A stretch of 64,000 nt of DNA from contig CM060732.1 in the NCBI GenBank assembly GCA_030704615.1, forward strand, positions 43,090,001-43,154,000, given 5' to 3'. The DNA comes from Takakia lepidozioides. Lineage: Eukaryota; Plantae; Bryophyta. The translations under genes were made by a program, and so were the position numbers. Shown here piece after piece: positions 63,964 to 64,000 of the stretch. The notes beneath the pieces were generated by a model. That model was not told where the DNA came from. It saw only the letters and a list, made by a program, of their open reading frames with translations, and searched no databases. Position 1 is the first letter of the stretch, and each line of letters opens with the position of its first letter.

Positions 63964-64000
63964 TGACACATGAAATGCACAAAAAAAGAACCTCTAACTT

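Overview
Eukaryotic nuclear DNA from a land plant, most likely a non-seed plant. The species cannot be determined from the sequence; the assignment is inferred from spliceosomal introns, a very regular PLS-DYW PPR gene, and the TE types. About 1-48.5 kb is gene-dense: a TPR protein (runs off the left edge), plant cysteine oxidase, a SirB1/transglutaminase-like protein, a PLS-E-DYW RNA-editing PPR, a DUF1992 protein, a very long LRR receptor-like protein, a BCP3/4-like tandem-BRCT protein, MCT-1/PUA, DUF1917 (Bles03-like) and a minimal archaeal-type RNase H. Eight of these genes form four head-to-head pairs. The block also carries local duplications and pseudogene fragments, a decayed L1 LINE with nested insertions, and MITEs. 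From 51.9 kb to the end is TE DNA: a broken chromoviral Ty3/Gypsy element, then a large GC-rich Mutator-like element. That element has a DDE/CxxH/SWIM transposase, a second SWIM-domain paralog, a divergent accessory ORF, and three structurally different intergenic tandem arrays that all amplify the same short motif (GGCGCCGAATTT, mostly within a 30-bp palindrome). This layout resembles the VANDAL/VANC anti-silencing system and is the best candidate for an undescribed system here.
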